From a virus (Duplodnaviria > Heunggongvirae > Uroviricota > Caudoviricetes): DNA of 28,075 nucleotides. Positions within the stretch are counted from its first letter, which is position 1. Each line of letters begins with the position of its first letter. The stretch lies in the IMG/VR virus record IMGVR_UViG_2585427787_000005; one strand, written 5' to 3'. The position numbers were made by a program, and so were the translations under genes. Below the pieces are notes generated by a model. The model did no database searches, was not told the DNA's origin, and worked only from the letters and a program-made list of their open reading frames with translations. Below are positions 9,540-22,542 of the stretch, piece by piece.

Positions 9540-9872
9540 TTAAACGATGCTGATTGCCGTTCCGGCAAACGCGGTCCGTTTTTTCGCCTCGTCGCTGGCA
9601 GCCTCCGGCCAGAGCACATCCTCATAACGGAACGTGCCGGACTTGTAGAACGTCAGCGTGGTGCTGGTCTGGTCAGCAGCAACAGCAAGAATGCCAACGG
9701 CAGCACCGTCGGTGGTGCCATCCCACGCAACCAGCTTACGGGTGGAGGTATCCGGCATCAACGGAGTCATTGCTGGCGTTTTCTTACTCAATCCGCCGGG
9801 CGCGGTTGCGGTATGAGCCGGGTCACTGTTGCCCAGCGGCTGGTAATGGGTAAAGGTTTCTTTGCTCGTCAT
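9540..9872 (-). CDS. D: Head decoration protein D
   Basis: 110 aa from [27 protein letters not shown], recalled lambda gpD. ATG at 9872. Confidence 0.93.
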   Translation of the reverse strand: MTSKETFTHYQPLGNSDPAHTATAPGGLSKKTPAMTPLMPDTSTRKLVAWDGTTDGAAVGILAVAADQTSTTLTFYKSGTFRYEDVLWPEAASDEAKKRTAFAGTAISIV

Positions 9873-9881
9873 AAACATCCC

Positions 9882-11181
9882 TTACACTGGTGTGTTCAGC
9901 AAATCGTTAACGGCATCAGATGCCGGGTTACCTGAAGCCAGCGGTGCCGGTGCCCCCTGCATCAGACGATCCAGCGCAGTGTCACTGCGCGCCTGTGCAC
10001 TCTGTGGTGCTGCGGCCAGAATGCGGCGGGCCGTTTCCACGGTCATACCGGGGGTTTCGGCCAGCACGCGTGCCTGTTCTTCGCGTCCGTGAGCCTCCTC
10101 ACAGTTGAGGATCCCCATAATGCGGCTGTTTTCTGCCGCAACCGCTGCGGTGATCTGCGCGTTCACGTCCGGCTGCGCCGCGCTGGCGTTTTCGCCCTCC
10201 GTCGCTGGCACCACGTCAGTAACGTCAGCCTGCGAAGCAGTGGCTGAAACAGTTGTTGATTGAGTCTCTTTGGTCATTCGCCCTCCTGAGAGACGGGATT
10301 TACGTGCATCCAGTGCATCACGCATGACGGTGATCGCATCGGTGCTGTTAACAAGTTCATCAGCCAGTCCGGCATCAATGACCTCCTGACCGCTGTACAC
10401 TGCAGCCTCGGTATCCAGCACAGCCTGCACGGACAGGCCGGTATATGCCGACACCTTCTGCGCAAACATCTGGCGGGTTGCGTCCATCCGGGACTGCAGT
10501 GTCTCCCGGACGTCATCCGGAAGATGGCTGTAGGGGTTGCCATCCACCTTATGGCTGCCGCTGTAAATCAGCGTGATTTCCACACCCTGTTTCTCCAGCG
10601 CAGCACCGTAATTACTGTGAGCCATCATGACGCCGATGGAGCCTGTCCGGGCGGTCTGCGTGACCAGACGCCGGGAGGCGGCACTGGCAAGCAACTGACC
10701 TGCACTGCAGTTCATGTCGTTGGCAAGCGCCCATACCGGTTTTATGTCACGCACACGGGCGATGATGTCAGCGCAGTCAAATGCCCCCGCCACCATCCCG
10801 CCGGGCGTGTCCATATCGAGCAGAATGCCGTCCACCATCGGATCGCTGGCAGCCTGTTGCAGACGGGCGATAATGCCGTTGTAACCGGTCATCCCCGAGT
10901 ACGGCTGCAGCGCCCGCGTCCGGCTGACCAGCGTGCCGGACACCGGCAGCACGGCGATGCCGTTCATGACCTGATAACTGCGGGCCTGTCGTGGTCCGTC
11001 ATCATCACCGGATAATGCCAGCGTCGCGAGTGCCTCCTGGGCAGTCAGGCTGTCGCCGGATACCGCATCCGTCAGGCGGCTGATCCCAAGCTGGCCTGCA
11101 AGCGCACAAAAGAAAACCCGCGCATAGGCGGGTTCAAGCATCAGCGGCTCATTAAAAGCCATGCTGGCAATATGCGGGAGA

Positions 11182-11201
<20 letters not shown>
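9882..11201 (-). CDS. C: Capsid assembly protease C, with scaffold Nu3 nested in-frame in its 3' part
   Basis: GTG start at 11201 gives VTAELRNLPHIASMAFNEPLMLEPAYARVFF, the recalled gpC N-terminus. It overlaps the B stop by 20 nt as in lambda. The longer ORF-track call is an upstream extension. Confidence 0.9.
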
Positions 11202-14882
<3,681 letters not shown>

Positions 14883-14908
<26 letters not shown>

Positions 14909-15428
14909 TCAGCAACCCCGGTATCAGTTCATCCAGCGCGGCTGCTTTGTTCATGGCTTTGATGATATCCCGTTTCAGGAAATCAACATGTCGGTTTTCC
15001 AGTTCCGGAAAACGCCGCTGCACCGACAGGGGGATCCCGTCGAGAATACTGGCAATTTCACCTGCGATCCGCGACAGCACGAAAGTACAGAATGCGGTTT
15101 CCACCACTTCAGCGGAGTCTCTGGCATTTTTCAGCTCCTGTGCGTCGGCCTGCGCACGCGTAAGTCGATGGCGTTCGTACTCAATAGTCCCTGGCTGGAG
15201 ATCTGTCTCGCTGGCCTGCCGCAGTTCTTCAACTTCCCGGCGCAGCTTTTCGTTCTCAATTTCAGCATCCCTTTCGGCATACCATCTTATAACGGCGGCA
15301 GAGTCATAAAGCACCTCATTACCCTTGCCACCGCCTCGCAGAACGGGCATTCCCTGTTCCTGCCAGTTCTGAATGGTACGGATACTCGCACCGAAAATGT
15401 CAGCCAGCTGCTTTTTGTTGACTTCCAT
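14883..15428 (-). CDS. Nu1: Terminase small subunit Nu1
   Basis: 181-aa ORF MEVNKKQLADIFGASIRTIQNWQEQGMPVLRGGGKGNEVLYDSAAVIRWYAERD, recalled lambda gpNu1 with its N-terminal winged-HTH region. Confidence 0.95.
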
Positions 15429-15604
15429 TGTTCATTCCACGGCCAAAAACAGAGAAAGGAAACGACAGAGGCCCAAAAGCTCGTTTTCAGCACCTGTCGT
15501 TTCCTTTCTTTTCAGGGGGTATTTTAAATAAAAACATTAAGTTACGACGAAGAAGAACGGAAATGCCTTAAACCGGAAAATTTTCATAAATAGCGAAAAC
15601 CCGC
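15429..15604 (-). promoter_or_regulatory. cosB region (terminase small-subunit binding sites between cosN and Nu1)
   Basis: Position between the cohesive-end sequence and the Nu1 start. Sequence colinear with the recalled lambda left end (GGGCGGCGACCTCGCGGGTTTTCGCTATTTATGAAAATTTTCCGGTTTAAGGCG... on the minus strand). Confidence 0.75.
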
Positions 15605-15616
15605 GAGGTCGCCGCC
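15605..15616 (-). other. cosN, the 12-nt cohesive-end sequence GGGCGGCGACCT of lambda
   Basis: Plus strand 15605..15616 is AGGTCGCCGCCC, whose reverse complement is GGGCGGCGACCT. It is flanked by the lambda right-end sequence ...GCGGGTCCTTTCCGGCGATCCGACAGGTTACG. Confidence 0.9.
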
Positions 15617-15816
15617 CCGTAACCTGTCGGATCGCCGGAAAGGACCCGCAAAATGATAATAATTATCATCTATATGTCACAACGTGCATCTACGCCATCA
15701 AACCACGTCAAATAATCAATTATGACGCAGGTATCGTATTAATTGATCTGCATCAACTTAACGTAAAAACAACTTCAGACAATACAAATCAGCGACACTG
15801 AATACGGGGCAACCTC

Positions 15817-16011
15817 ATGTCAACGAAGAACAAAACCCGCAGAACAACAACCCGCAACATCCGCTTTCCTAACCAAATGATTGAACAAATTAACATCGCT
15901 CTTGAGCAAAAAGGGTCTGGGAATTTCTCAGCCTGGGTCATTGAAGCCTGCCGTCGGAGACTAACGTCAGAAAAGAGAGCATATACATCAATCCAAAGTG
16001 ATGATGGATGA
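15817..16011 (+). CDS. Small hypothetical protein (64 aa) between cos and bor, with a possible ribbon-helix-helix-like DNA-binding fold
   Basis: ORF MSTKNKTRRTTTRNIRFPNQMIEQINIALEQKGSGNFSAWVIEACRRRL, ATG preceded by a purine-rich stretch. Basic N-terminus then a strand-helix-helix-like pattern. Fold assignment is inference. Confidence 0.6.
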   Translation: MSTKNKTRRTTTRNIRFPNQMIEQINIALEQKGSGNFSAWVIEACRRRLTSEKRAYTSIQSDDG

Positions 16012-16373
16012 ACATCCCGGTTTCTTCCACCATCGCACCGGAAAAGCGACTATGAGGGTAACCCTGCGTCTGTCAGCACAGTAAAACCCGGTGTGCATCG
16101 TTTTTGATTATTCCCGCACACTCACGCAGAAGGAATTCCCCGTCGGGCTACGGTCATGGTTAATGCGGGAATACGGCGACGATACAGCGCAGCTAAAAGG
16201 GTAATAGACGGATAGACCGGTTTATTTCATTCCACAGGATTCTGAGTGTCCCCAACTTCCTCCAATAGTCTGAGCGTACACCTATATAGTTTTAATTTTC
16301 ATCAATCCATTTAACTATCGTTTAATTGTTGTCACATAGGATTCTGCCGTTTTTAACAATGCAGGATAATAAG

Positions 16374-16667
16374 ATGAAAAAAATGTTGTTTTCTGCCGCT
16401 CTGGCAATGCTTATTACAGGATGTGCTCAACAGACGTTTACTGTTGGAAACAAACCGACAGCAGTAACACCAAAGGAAACCATCACCCATCACTTCTTCG
16501 TTTCGGGAATTGGACAGGAGAAAACTGTTGATGCAGCCAAAATTTGTGGCGGCGCAGAAAATGTTGTTAAAACAGAAACCCAGCAAACATTCGTAAATGG
16601 ATTGCTCGGTTTTATTACTTTAGGCATTTATACTCCGCTGGAAGCGCGTGTGTATTGCTCACAATAA
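16374..16667 (+). CDS. bor: Bor lipoprotein (serum-resistance-associated outer-membrane lipoprotein)
   Basis: 97 aa from MKKMLFSAALAMLITGCAQQTFTV with lipobox LITGC, recalled lambda Bor. ATG at 16374; the longer ORF-track start is an upstream extension. Convergent with Rz as in lambda. Confidence 0.92.
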   Translation: MKKMLFSAALAMLITGCAQQTFTVGNKPTAVTPKETITHHFFVSGIGQEKTVDAAKICGGAENVVKTETQQTFVNGLLGFITLGIYTPLEARVYCSQ

Positions 16668-16698
16668 TTGCATGAGTTGCCCATCGATATGGGCAGCT

Positions 16699-17160
16699 CT
16701 ATCTGCACTGCTCATTAATATACTTCTGGGTTCCTTCCAGTTGTTTTTGCATAGTGATCAGCCTCTCTCTGAGGGTGAAATAATCCTGTTCAGCGGTGTC
16801 TGCCAGTCGGGGGGAGGCTGCATTATCCACGCCGGAGGCGGTGGTGGCTTCACGCACTGACTGACAGACTGCTTTGATGTGCAACCGACGACGACCAGCG
16901 GCAACATCATCACGCAGAGCATCATTTTCAGCTTTCGCATCAGCTAACTCCTTCGTGTATTTTGCATCGAGCGCAGCAACATCACGCTGACGCATCTGCA
17001 TGTCAGTAATTGCCGCGTTCGCCAGCTTCAGTTCTTTGGCATTTTTGTCGCGCTGGGCTTTATAGGTAATGGCGTTATCACGGTAATGATTAACAGCCCA
17101 TGACAGGCAGACGATGATGCAGATAACCAGAGCGGAGATAATCGCGGTTACTCTGTTCAT
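16699..17160 (-). CDS. Rz: Inner-membrane spanin Rz
   Basis: 153 aa from [41 protein letters not shown], recalled lambda Rz. ATG at 17160 overlaps the R stop (ATGA). Confidence 0.92.
   Translation of the reverse strand: MNRVTAIISALVICIIVCLSWAVNHYRDNAITYKAQRDKNAKELKLANAAITDMQMRQRDVAALDAKYTKELADAKAENDALRDDVAAGRRRLHIKAVCQSVREATTASGVDNAASPRLADTAEQDYFTLRERLITMQKQLEGTQKYINEQCR
16758..16940 (-). CDS. Rz1: Outer-membrane lipoprotein spanin Rz1, embedded in the +1 frame of Rz
   Basis: 60-aa [27 protein letters not shown] with lipobox VVGC and a proline-rich tail [15 protein letters not shown], entirely inside Rz. Confidence 0.9.
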   Translation of the reverse strand: MRKLKMMLCVMMLPLVVVGCTSKQSVSQCVKPPPPPAWIMQPPPDWQTPLNRIISPSERG

Positions 17161-17654
17161 TGCTGACCCCACAAACAGATTTCACGCTCAATCTCACGAC
17201 GAGTCATGAGACCTTTCCATTGCTTACCGCCAGCATATGTCCAGCGACGTAACTGATCACATGCGCCTTTGATATCGCCCTGGTTTATTTTGCGAAGAAG
17301 CGTCGATGTTCTGAAATTGCCAGCACCCACGTTGTAAACGAATGAGTAAAGAGCGCCGCGCGTTGTTTCCGGTATATCGACTTCGATGTATGGGTTAATT
17401 TGTCTGGCGACAGTGGCAAGGTCTTTATTCAAGAGTGCTTTGCATTCTGCTTTGGTATACGTTTTACCGAGCATGATGTCTTTTCCTGTATGCCCGTGAC
17501 ATACGGTCCATACACCAACAATATCTTTGTATGGTATGTAGCTGACACCTTCCAGACCATCGTTACCACTTGGGCCAGTGATTAACACTGATGCTATAGC
17601 AATTGCTCCGCCACCAATAGCAGCAGCAACGGCTTTTCGTAATGATGGAGGCAT
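17157..17654 (-). CDS. R: SAR endolysin (phage-21-type, lysozyme-like), not the lambda R transglycosylase
   Basis: 165-aa [47 protein letters not shown]: a Gly/Ala-rich N-terminal signal-anchor-release helix followed by a lysozyme-like domain. Matches the recalled phage 21 R protein. Confidence 0.9.
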   Translation of the reverse strand: MPPSLRKAVAAAIGGGAIAIASVLITGPSGNDGLEGVSYIPYKDIVGVWTVCHGHTGKDIMLGKTYTKAECKALLNKDLATVARQINPYIEVDIPETTRGALYSFVYNVGAGNFRTSTLLRKINQGDIKGACDQLRRWTYAGGKQWKGLMTRREIEREICLWGQQ

Positions 17655-17869
17655 TATTCACCTCTCGCAGCCTTGCGCTTATCTTCTTTAATCTTGAAAT
17701 AAAGGTTTGTCAGGTACGTCAGCAGGCCAAATACCAGGCTACCCAGCACACCTATTGCTGCCCACTGTGAGGGCGTGACTTTATCGAGCAGCTGTAAAAA
17801 CCAGTAACCGGCACTACCTGCTGAGGTGCCATAGGCGACACCCGTTGTTAACTTATCCATGGATTTCAT
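17654..17869 (-). CDS. S: Pinholin S (phage-21-type, with MKSM dual-start motif)
   Basis: 71 aa from [74 protein letters not shown] at 17869, second Met at codon 4. Stop overlaps the R start. Confidence 0.9.
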
Positions 17870-18458
17870 AACCCCACCTCGCAGACAAAGCGGGTGTAAA
17901 TTGAGGGAATACAACGTATCGCAAAAAAGCAGAAACGTAACAGACTCGGAGTCAGTGAATAACTCAGGTATTGAGTTATCAGCTAATATCGAGACTCAAA
18001 AAATGGAAAAACCAGCTCGACGGCGGGTTTAAGCTGTGTGACGAAGTAACCACTCTTAACAGCATAACCAATTTTTTACGTACGTAAACCACTGAATGAT
18101 ATTTATGAGAATGCTACCGAGTGTTCAAAACACCACCACAAATACATAAGAAAACCTCAACAAATAACCAATAAATAATTTCCGGCGTTATTTTTAGTTA
18201 ATTTAAATTAAACCATCGAATTATAGATCCCCCCATAAATAACAGGCATTAATATAAATTAGCTAATAGGTTTATTTTTGTTCAAATAAGAGCCATAAAT
18301 AGGTTTCGATAGAAAAAGTTCAGATAAAAATAGAGATCTACTTCACAAATTAAATGAGAAACTAAAACTTACATCTTGAAATAATCACATTGATTAGATG
18401 AATATTTATCGCGCAGTGACATCATTTTTTAATAATAGTTCAAAAAAAAGGGCTCACG

Positions 18459-19541
18459 ATGAAAAAATTAACAGTGGCAATTTCTGCTGTAGCTGCATCA
18501 GTACTGATGGCGATGTCTGCTCAGGCAGCTGAAATTTATAATAAAGACAGTAACAAGCTGGATCTGTACGGGAAAGTTAATGCTAAGCACTACTTCTCCT
18601 CTAATGATGCAGATGATGGTGATACTACTTATGCCCGTCTTGGCTTCAAAGGTGAAACCCAAATCAACGATCAACTGACTGGTTTCGGTCAGTGGGAATA
18701 TGAATTCAAAGGCAACCGCGCTGAATCTCAAGGTTCCTCCAAAGATAAAACCCGTCTTGCCTTCGCTGGCCTGAAATTCGGTGACTACGGCTCCATCGAT
18801 TACGGCCGTAACTACGGTGTAGCATACGACATCGGTGCGTGGACTGACGTCCTGCCAGAATTCGGTGGTGACACTTGGACTCAAACAGATGTGTTCATGA
18901 CTGGTCGCACCACTGGTGTTGCAACTTATCGTAACAACGACTTCTTTGGTCTGGTTGATGGTCTGAACTTTGCTGCTCAGTATCAGGGTAAAAATGACCG
19001 CACTGACGTAACTGAAGCTAATGGTGATGGTTTCGGTTTCTCCACTACTTATGAGTATGAAGGATTCGGTGTAGGTGCAACCTATGCTAAATCTGATCGC
19101 ACTAATAATCAGGTTATCTACGGTAACAACGGTCTGAATGCTTCTGGTCAAAATGCTGAAGTATGGGCAGCTGGTCTGAAATATGATGCGAACAACATCT
19201 ATCTGGCCACCACCTATTCTGAAACCCAGAACATGACTGTTTTTGGTAATAACCATATTGCCAACAAAGCACAAAACTTCGAAGCTGTTGCACAATATCA
19301 GTTCGACTTCGGCCTGCGTCCATCCGTTGCTTACCTGCATTCTAAAGGAAAAGACTTGGGTGTTTGGGGTGATCAGGACCTGGTTGAATATGTTGATGTA
19401 GGTGCAACCTATTACTTCAACAAAAATATGTCCACTTTTGTTGACTACAAAATCAACCTGATTGATAAGAGCGATTTCACGAAAGCATCTGGCGTTGCTA
19501 CCGATGATATCGTTGCTGTAGGTATGGTTTACCAGTTCTAA
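18459..19541 (+). CDS. nmpC: Outer-membrane porin of the OmpC/NmpC/Lc family (lysogenic-conversion moron between Q and S)
   Basis: 360-aa ORF with signal peptide [23 protein letters not shown] followed by [16 protein letters not shown] and C-terminal ...VAVGMVYQF, the classic porin terminal Phe. Opposite strand to the late genes, in the position of DLP12 nmpC / PA-2 lc. Confidence 0.93.
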   Translation: MKKLTVAISAVAASVLMAMSAQAAEIYNKDSNKLDLYGKVNAKHYFSSNDADDGDTTYARLGFKGETQINDQLTGFGQWEYEFKGNRAESQGSSKDKTRLAFAGLKFGDYGSIDYGRNYGVAYDIGAWTDVLPEFGGDTWTQTDVFMTGRTTGVATYRNNDFFGLVDGLNFAAQYQGKNDRTDVTEANGDGFGFSTTYEYEGFGVGATYAKSDRTNNQVIYGNNGLNASGQNAEVWAAGLKYDANNIYLATTYSETQNMTVFGNNHIANKAQNFEAVAQYQFDFGLRPSVAYLHSKGKDLGVWGDQDLVEYVDVGATYYFNKNMSTFVDYKINLIDKSDFTKASGVATDDIVAVGMVYQF

Positions 19542-19552
19542 TTTGATTACTA

Positions 19553-19587
19553 AAAGATATGTTGTGGGAGGCTTTGCCTCCCCAACA
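19553..19587 (-). terminator. Candidate tR'-like terminator of the short late leader transcript
   Basis: Minus strand reads TGTTGGGGAGGC-aaa-GCCTCCCACAACA followed by TATCTTTT, about 150-180 nt downstream of the Q stop. The expected spacing is recalled from lambda biology. Confidence 0.4.
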
Positions 19588-19702
19588 TATAAGTGGCTCC
19601 CTCAAGCCACTTCCTTTAGAAGCACAACCTTGCTTCTAACTATACAAACCTTCTGTTATATATTACCCTTTATTTTTGGGGGCGTTTCAACGCCCCATTT
19701 TT
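19561..19702 (+). ncRNA. Candidate structured small RNA immediately 3' of the porin gene (four tandem hairpins; IpeX-like by position)
   Basis: Hairpins read from sequence: GGGAGGC-ttt-GCCTCCC (19566..19582), GTGGCT-ccctca-AGCCAC (19593..19610), GAAGCA-caacct-TGCTTC (19619..19636), GGGGCG-tttcaa-CGCCCC plus T tract (19679..19702). The IpeX assignment is from recalled DLP12 literature, not from alignment. Confidence 0.4.
19679..19702 (+). terminator. Rho-independent terminator downstream of the porin gene
   Basis: GC-rich 6-bp stem GGGGCG/CGCCCC with 6-nt loop, followed by ATTTTT. Confidence 0.65.
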
Positions 19703-19729
19703 AATAACTTTTAGTAAATAATTGGCGTA

Positions 19730-20113
19730 TTAATTAGAGTTATTAACAACGATATCCATCTCTAACCGGATATCTAATGCCATTAACATCCCTTCAATTA
19801 TGCCCTCAGCCTTCTGTAACCTTTTCCCGATATAACCATCAGAGCAGCAATGCTTACCTGCCAGTGACATGAATGTCATACCGACTACATAATAATCTAC
19901 TAATAAATCGTGCAAATCGCTGTTGTTCTTTTTCAGACGGGCCATGCACCCGCAAATGATCATCGCGTCATCGTCACAACATTGCGGGCGAGATTTTACT
20001 TTTGAAGGAATTAATCCCTTAAAACCGGCGGCAATGGACGACCAGGTCACATCTTCATGATTATTAGCCGCCCACGCTCCCCAACGCTCAAGAACCATCT
20101 GAATATCACGCAT
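19730..20113 (-). CDS. Q: Late-gene antiterminator Q (QuuD-like)
   Basis: 127 aa from [33 protein letters not shown] with Cys-rich putative zinc-binding segment [17 protein letters not shown] at 20113; the ORF-track call is longer. Confidence 0.85.
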   Translation of the reverse strand: MRDIQMVLERWGAWAANNHEDVTWSSIAAGFKGLIPSKVKSRPQCCDDDAMIICGCMARLKKNNSDLHDLLVDYYVVGMTFMSLAGKHCCSDGYIGKRLQKAEGIIEGMLMALDIRLEMDIVVNNSN

Positions 20114-20198
20114 CAACTTACTCCACAAAAATCAGACCAGAACGCCAATTACAAGCAAAAATCAATAAAACAGTATTAGTTGATTGTTATCTCTGACT

Positions 20199-20339
20199 TC
20201 ATACTCCTGCTCCTGTCAGGGTTTTGGCGTAATTCTTCAGTATTCGGTAATCGGTCAAAACATAACCGGGGAAACGATATAAGCGCAGACGCCCCCAGCG
20301 GTGGCGAAGGAGTTCTGCCATATATGACTCACACATCAT
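20199..20339 (-). CDS. ylcG: Small protein YlcG-like (46 aa), missing from the ORF track
   Basis: Hand translation of the minus strand gives [49 protein letters not shown] at 20339 overlaps the rusA stop. Position between rusA and Q as recalled for DLP12 ylcG. Confidence 0.7.
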   Translation of the reverse strand: MMCESYMAELLRHRWGRLRLYRFPGYVLTDYRILKNYAKTLTGAGV

Positions 20340-20698
20340 TCATCCCCCAGTTCGGTGATGATCAGTTCCAGCCTCCCACCTTTGGTAACAGGCATCTTCA
20401 CAACGCGGTAATCAACGACCTGAGCATCATCCAGCCAGAAACCTGCTTTAGTGAGTGCGTCAAAAGCGGCTTTTTGCAGATTATCCAGGTCACGGCGACG
20501 GCGATCCGGCATGTGGCACTCAATGCGGATTTTCACAGGCATAGCCAGGCCGATATCCAGCATTGCGTTTTTAATGATTCGGGCGACGTTATCGCGGTAT
20601 GCCTGCCCCTCTGCACTGACGTGCGTGCGCCCGCGATTATGGCGGTAATAGCGATTATTGCTCGGAGGCCAGGGTAATGTGATACTGTAGGTATTCAC
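20336..20698 (-). CDS. rusA: Holliday-junction resolvase RusA
   Basis: 120-aa [49 protein letters not shown], recalled RusA sequence. Confidence 0.93.
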   Translation of the reverse strand: MNTYSITLPWPPSNNRYYRHNRGRTHVSAEGQAYRDNVARIIKNAMLDIGLAMPVKIRIECHMPDRRRRDLDNLQKAAFDALTKAGFWLDDAQVVDYRVVKMPVTKGGRLELIITELGDE

Positions 20699-20985
20699 GC
20701 CTTAATAACCCCCTCTTTCAGCCAGATAACCTGTGTTCTCGCCATACCTTCCAGCGCGCATTCTTTTGCATATGCAGCATCGACAAAATGTGTGCGGCGG
20801 TCGATTTCGTCGTGGCAGGCAGAACATGCAATGGTGGCAATCAGGTCTGGCGGTTTGATACCGGTACCGCACAATCCAGCCAGCCGGATATGTGCCAGTA
20901 CAGACGTTTCAGAATTGCCATTACATACGCCAGGGATTCTTACCTGGCATTCCCGACCACGCGCTGCTTTTCTCAAATCAGCCAT
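20695..20985 (-). CDS. ybcO: YbcO-like nin-region protein (putative Cys-rich metal-binding nuclease)
   Basis: 96 aa from [45 protein letters not shown] at 20985 lies inside the end of ninE. Cys-rich motif CSACHDEID. Confidence 0.88.
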   Translation of the reverse strand: MADLRKAARGRECQVRIPGVCNGNSETSVLAHIRLAGLCGTGIKPPDLIATIACSACHDEIDRRTHFVDAAYAKECALEGMARTQVIWLKEGVIKA

Positions 20986-21148
20986 GATTCCTCCTTGCTG
21001 CCAGTCGCAACCATTTTTTATCAACCAGGCTAGCGGTATATCCGAGCAGAGTTGGTATTTCGGATGGCTTCAGCTCAGGCTTACGCTTACGACGATTTGA
21101 TACTCTGTAGATGTGTCCGTTCATGACACGAATAAGCGGTGTAGCCAT
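20978..21148 (-). CDS. ninE: NinE
   Basis: Hand translation gives [56 protein letters not shown] (56 aa). AGGAGG ribosome-binding site. TAATG overlap with the ybcN stop. Below the ORF-track size cutoff. Confidence 0.85.
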   Translation of the reverse strand: MATPLIRVMNGHIYRVSNRRKRKPELKPSEIPTLLGYTASLVDKKWLRLAARRNHG

Positions 21149-21603
21149 TACGCCTCCTGCTTGTCGCGGAGCAGCTGGAACTCGCAGCTCTGCGGAATAG
21201 TCAGGTGGCAGCCAATATTCACCGCCCAGGCTTCAACCTTACACAGGAAGATATACATCTCTCCGGTATCAAGATCGGAGGTATGGCGTAACGACTGGAT
21301 AGTGGTGATCTCACCGGTTACGACATCAACCAGGTCTTTGGTTTCATAACCGAGATATGTGTGTTTGAGAGCATCTTTTACCCAAGCTGGAGTGGCGAAC
21401 GTTTTACCCCTGCTGATGAGGTATTCACTGATTTCGCTGTACCACATGTGGCTGAGTGCATTCTGGGAAAGACTGCGTTTCTCACGCCACGGTTTAAGCA
21501 CCATGCGAAAGCATTTGCCTTCCTCCAGATAAGGCTGGATCTGCTGGCCGATAGCGGTGAAGTTACCACGATGCAATTTGATGCCGTCTTGTGGGAGGTT
21601 CAC
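21148..21603 (-). CDS. ybcN: YbcN-like nin-region protein
   Basis: 151-aa ORF (GTG start) [55 protein letters not shown] with GGAGGTG ribosome-binding site. Same order ybcN-ninE-ybcO-rusA-ylcG-Q as recalled for DLP12. Confidence 0.88.
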   Translation of the reverse strand: MNLPQDGIKLHRGNFTAIGQQIQPYLEEGKCFRMVLKPWREKRSLSQNALSHMWYSEISEYLISRGKTFATPAWVKDALKHTYLGYETKDLVDVVTGEITTIQSLRHTSDLDTGEMYIFLCKVEAWAVNIGCHLTIPQSCEFQLLRDKQEA

Positions 21604-21636
21604 GCTTCACCTCCGCAGAGGTCAAACGCTGGATGC

Positions 21637-21721
21637 AAAAAATCGCAGGTGCATCTCTGCATCTGTGAAGGGAGAAGAGAGTTTGGATTGTATGTGCGCA
21701 TAAACGTCCCCGTTTAGCGCA
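21637..21721. repeat. 85-bp direct repeat, copy A (just upstream of ybcN)
   Basis: AAAAAATCGCAGGTGCATCTCTGCATCTGTGAAGGGAGAAGAGAGTTTGGATTGTATGTGCGCATAAACGTCCCCGTTTAGCGCA differs from copy B (23571..23655) at 5 of 85 positions. Ends in an imperfect 10-bp hairpin GCGCATAAACG-tcccc-CGTTTAGCGC. Confidence 0.9.
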
Positions 21722-21797
21722 GAAGTCACCGGAGTTGTTCAAGCTCCAATGGCATGATTATGGCTGGTTGATTATTGGAAATCAAATGTGCTGAAAA

Positions 21798-22307
21798 TTA
21801 GTCTGCCAAGTCTTCCTCAGTCGCAACTGGGTAATTCCAAATATCAAAAAAAGCTATAGCCTCCTGCCATTTGCTCCATAAGTTATCAAGTACTTGTGTA
21901 GGTTCCGTACTTTTAAAAACAGAATCAGCCGCATCACCGTTATGAACTTCCTCGTACAGTTCCATTATTAGCAGATTAACAAAGTACTGTTTCAACATTA
22001 ATGCCTGATTACCTTCTTTCTGCTGGCTATCCTGCTTGATGAGCTCCATCGCCCGTACTAGGCACCTGATGATATCCGCTGCATCATTAACGCTCCATTC
22101 AGATCCGCGCTTATCTTTAGCTGATGAATTGGCTCTCTCAGCGCAAGCCTTTAAAGACTCATAAAGGTAAACTCTATTTTGTAGCTGCAGCGCTTTTTTT
22201 GACGTGCACCAACTTGCAAGCGCCGACCCCGCTGCGGCTAATGTGCCAAACGCAGAAATGCCTGCTGCTATTGCACTTAAGTCGGCACTGTCAAAGTTCC
22301 ACATCAT
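21798..22307 (-). CDS. Hypothetical membrane-anchored protein (169 aa), function unknown
   Basis: ORF MMWNFDSADLSAIAAGISAFGTLAAAGSALASWCTSKK with one predicted N-terminal transmembrane helix followed by a charged, probably helical domain. No family recognised by eye. Confidence 0.7.
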   Translation of the reverse strand: MMWNFDSADLSAIAAGISAFGTLAAAGSALASWCTSKKALQLQNRVYLYESLKACAERANSSAKDKRGSEWSVNDAADIIRCLVRAMELIKQDSQQKEGNQALMLKQYFVNLLIMELYEEVHNGDAADSVFKSTEPTQVLDNLWSKWQEAIAFFDIWNYPVATEEDLAD

Positions 22308-22472
22308 CGTTACACCTTATATAAACACCCCTCAGTAATATCCAATAAGGTATGTGAACAATCAATATAATTTATATCCGTATCGGCACATAGCGATTTT
22401 AATGCTACTGATAATGGTATCTTTTAGATTATATCGTCCAGTTCCAGTACCCGTATTTTATGAAATGGACTC

Positions 22473-22512
22473 GCACATTACCAAAAAAAATGCCAGCACT
22501 TCCGTCATCGCA
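22473..22512 (-). terminator. Rho-independent terminator between the Bro-N-like gene and the 169-aa gene
   Basis: Minus strand reads GCCAGCA-ttctgcgatgacggaag-TGCTGGC followed by ATTTTTTTTGG. 7-bp stem at 22482..22488 and 22506..22512 with a long 17-nt loop, which weakens the call. Confidence 0.6.
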
Positions 22513-22542
22513 GAATGCTGGCAGTATTTCTAACTAGTGACT

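Noticed and set aside
15817-16011. Assigning the 64-aa ORF to DLP12 ylcI by name
   Set aside because: I recall ylcI only by size and neighbourhood, and the strand relative to Nu1 may not match, so the gene symbol was left empty.
17157-17654. Expectation that R would be the lambda lytic transglycosylase
   Set aside because: The translation lacks the lambda R sequence and instead has a SAR N-terminal helix and lysozyme-like domain, so it was annotated as a phage-21-type endolysin.
18498-19340. 280-aa minus-strand ORF antisense to the porin gene
   Set aside because: The plus-strand frame encodes a porin with signal peptide and C-terminal Phe. The antisense ORF is Ile/Val/Thr-rich low-complexity with no signals.
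20180-20677. 165-aa plus-strand ORF spanning the ylcG-rusA region
   Set aside because: Overlaps rusA and ylcG on the opposite strand, both of which match known proteins; the translation shows no family features.
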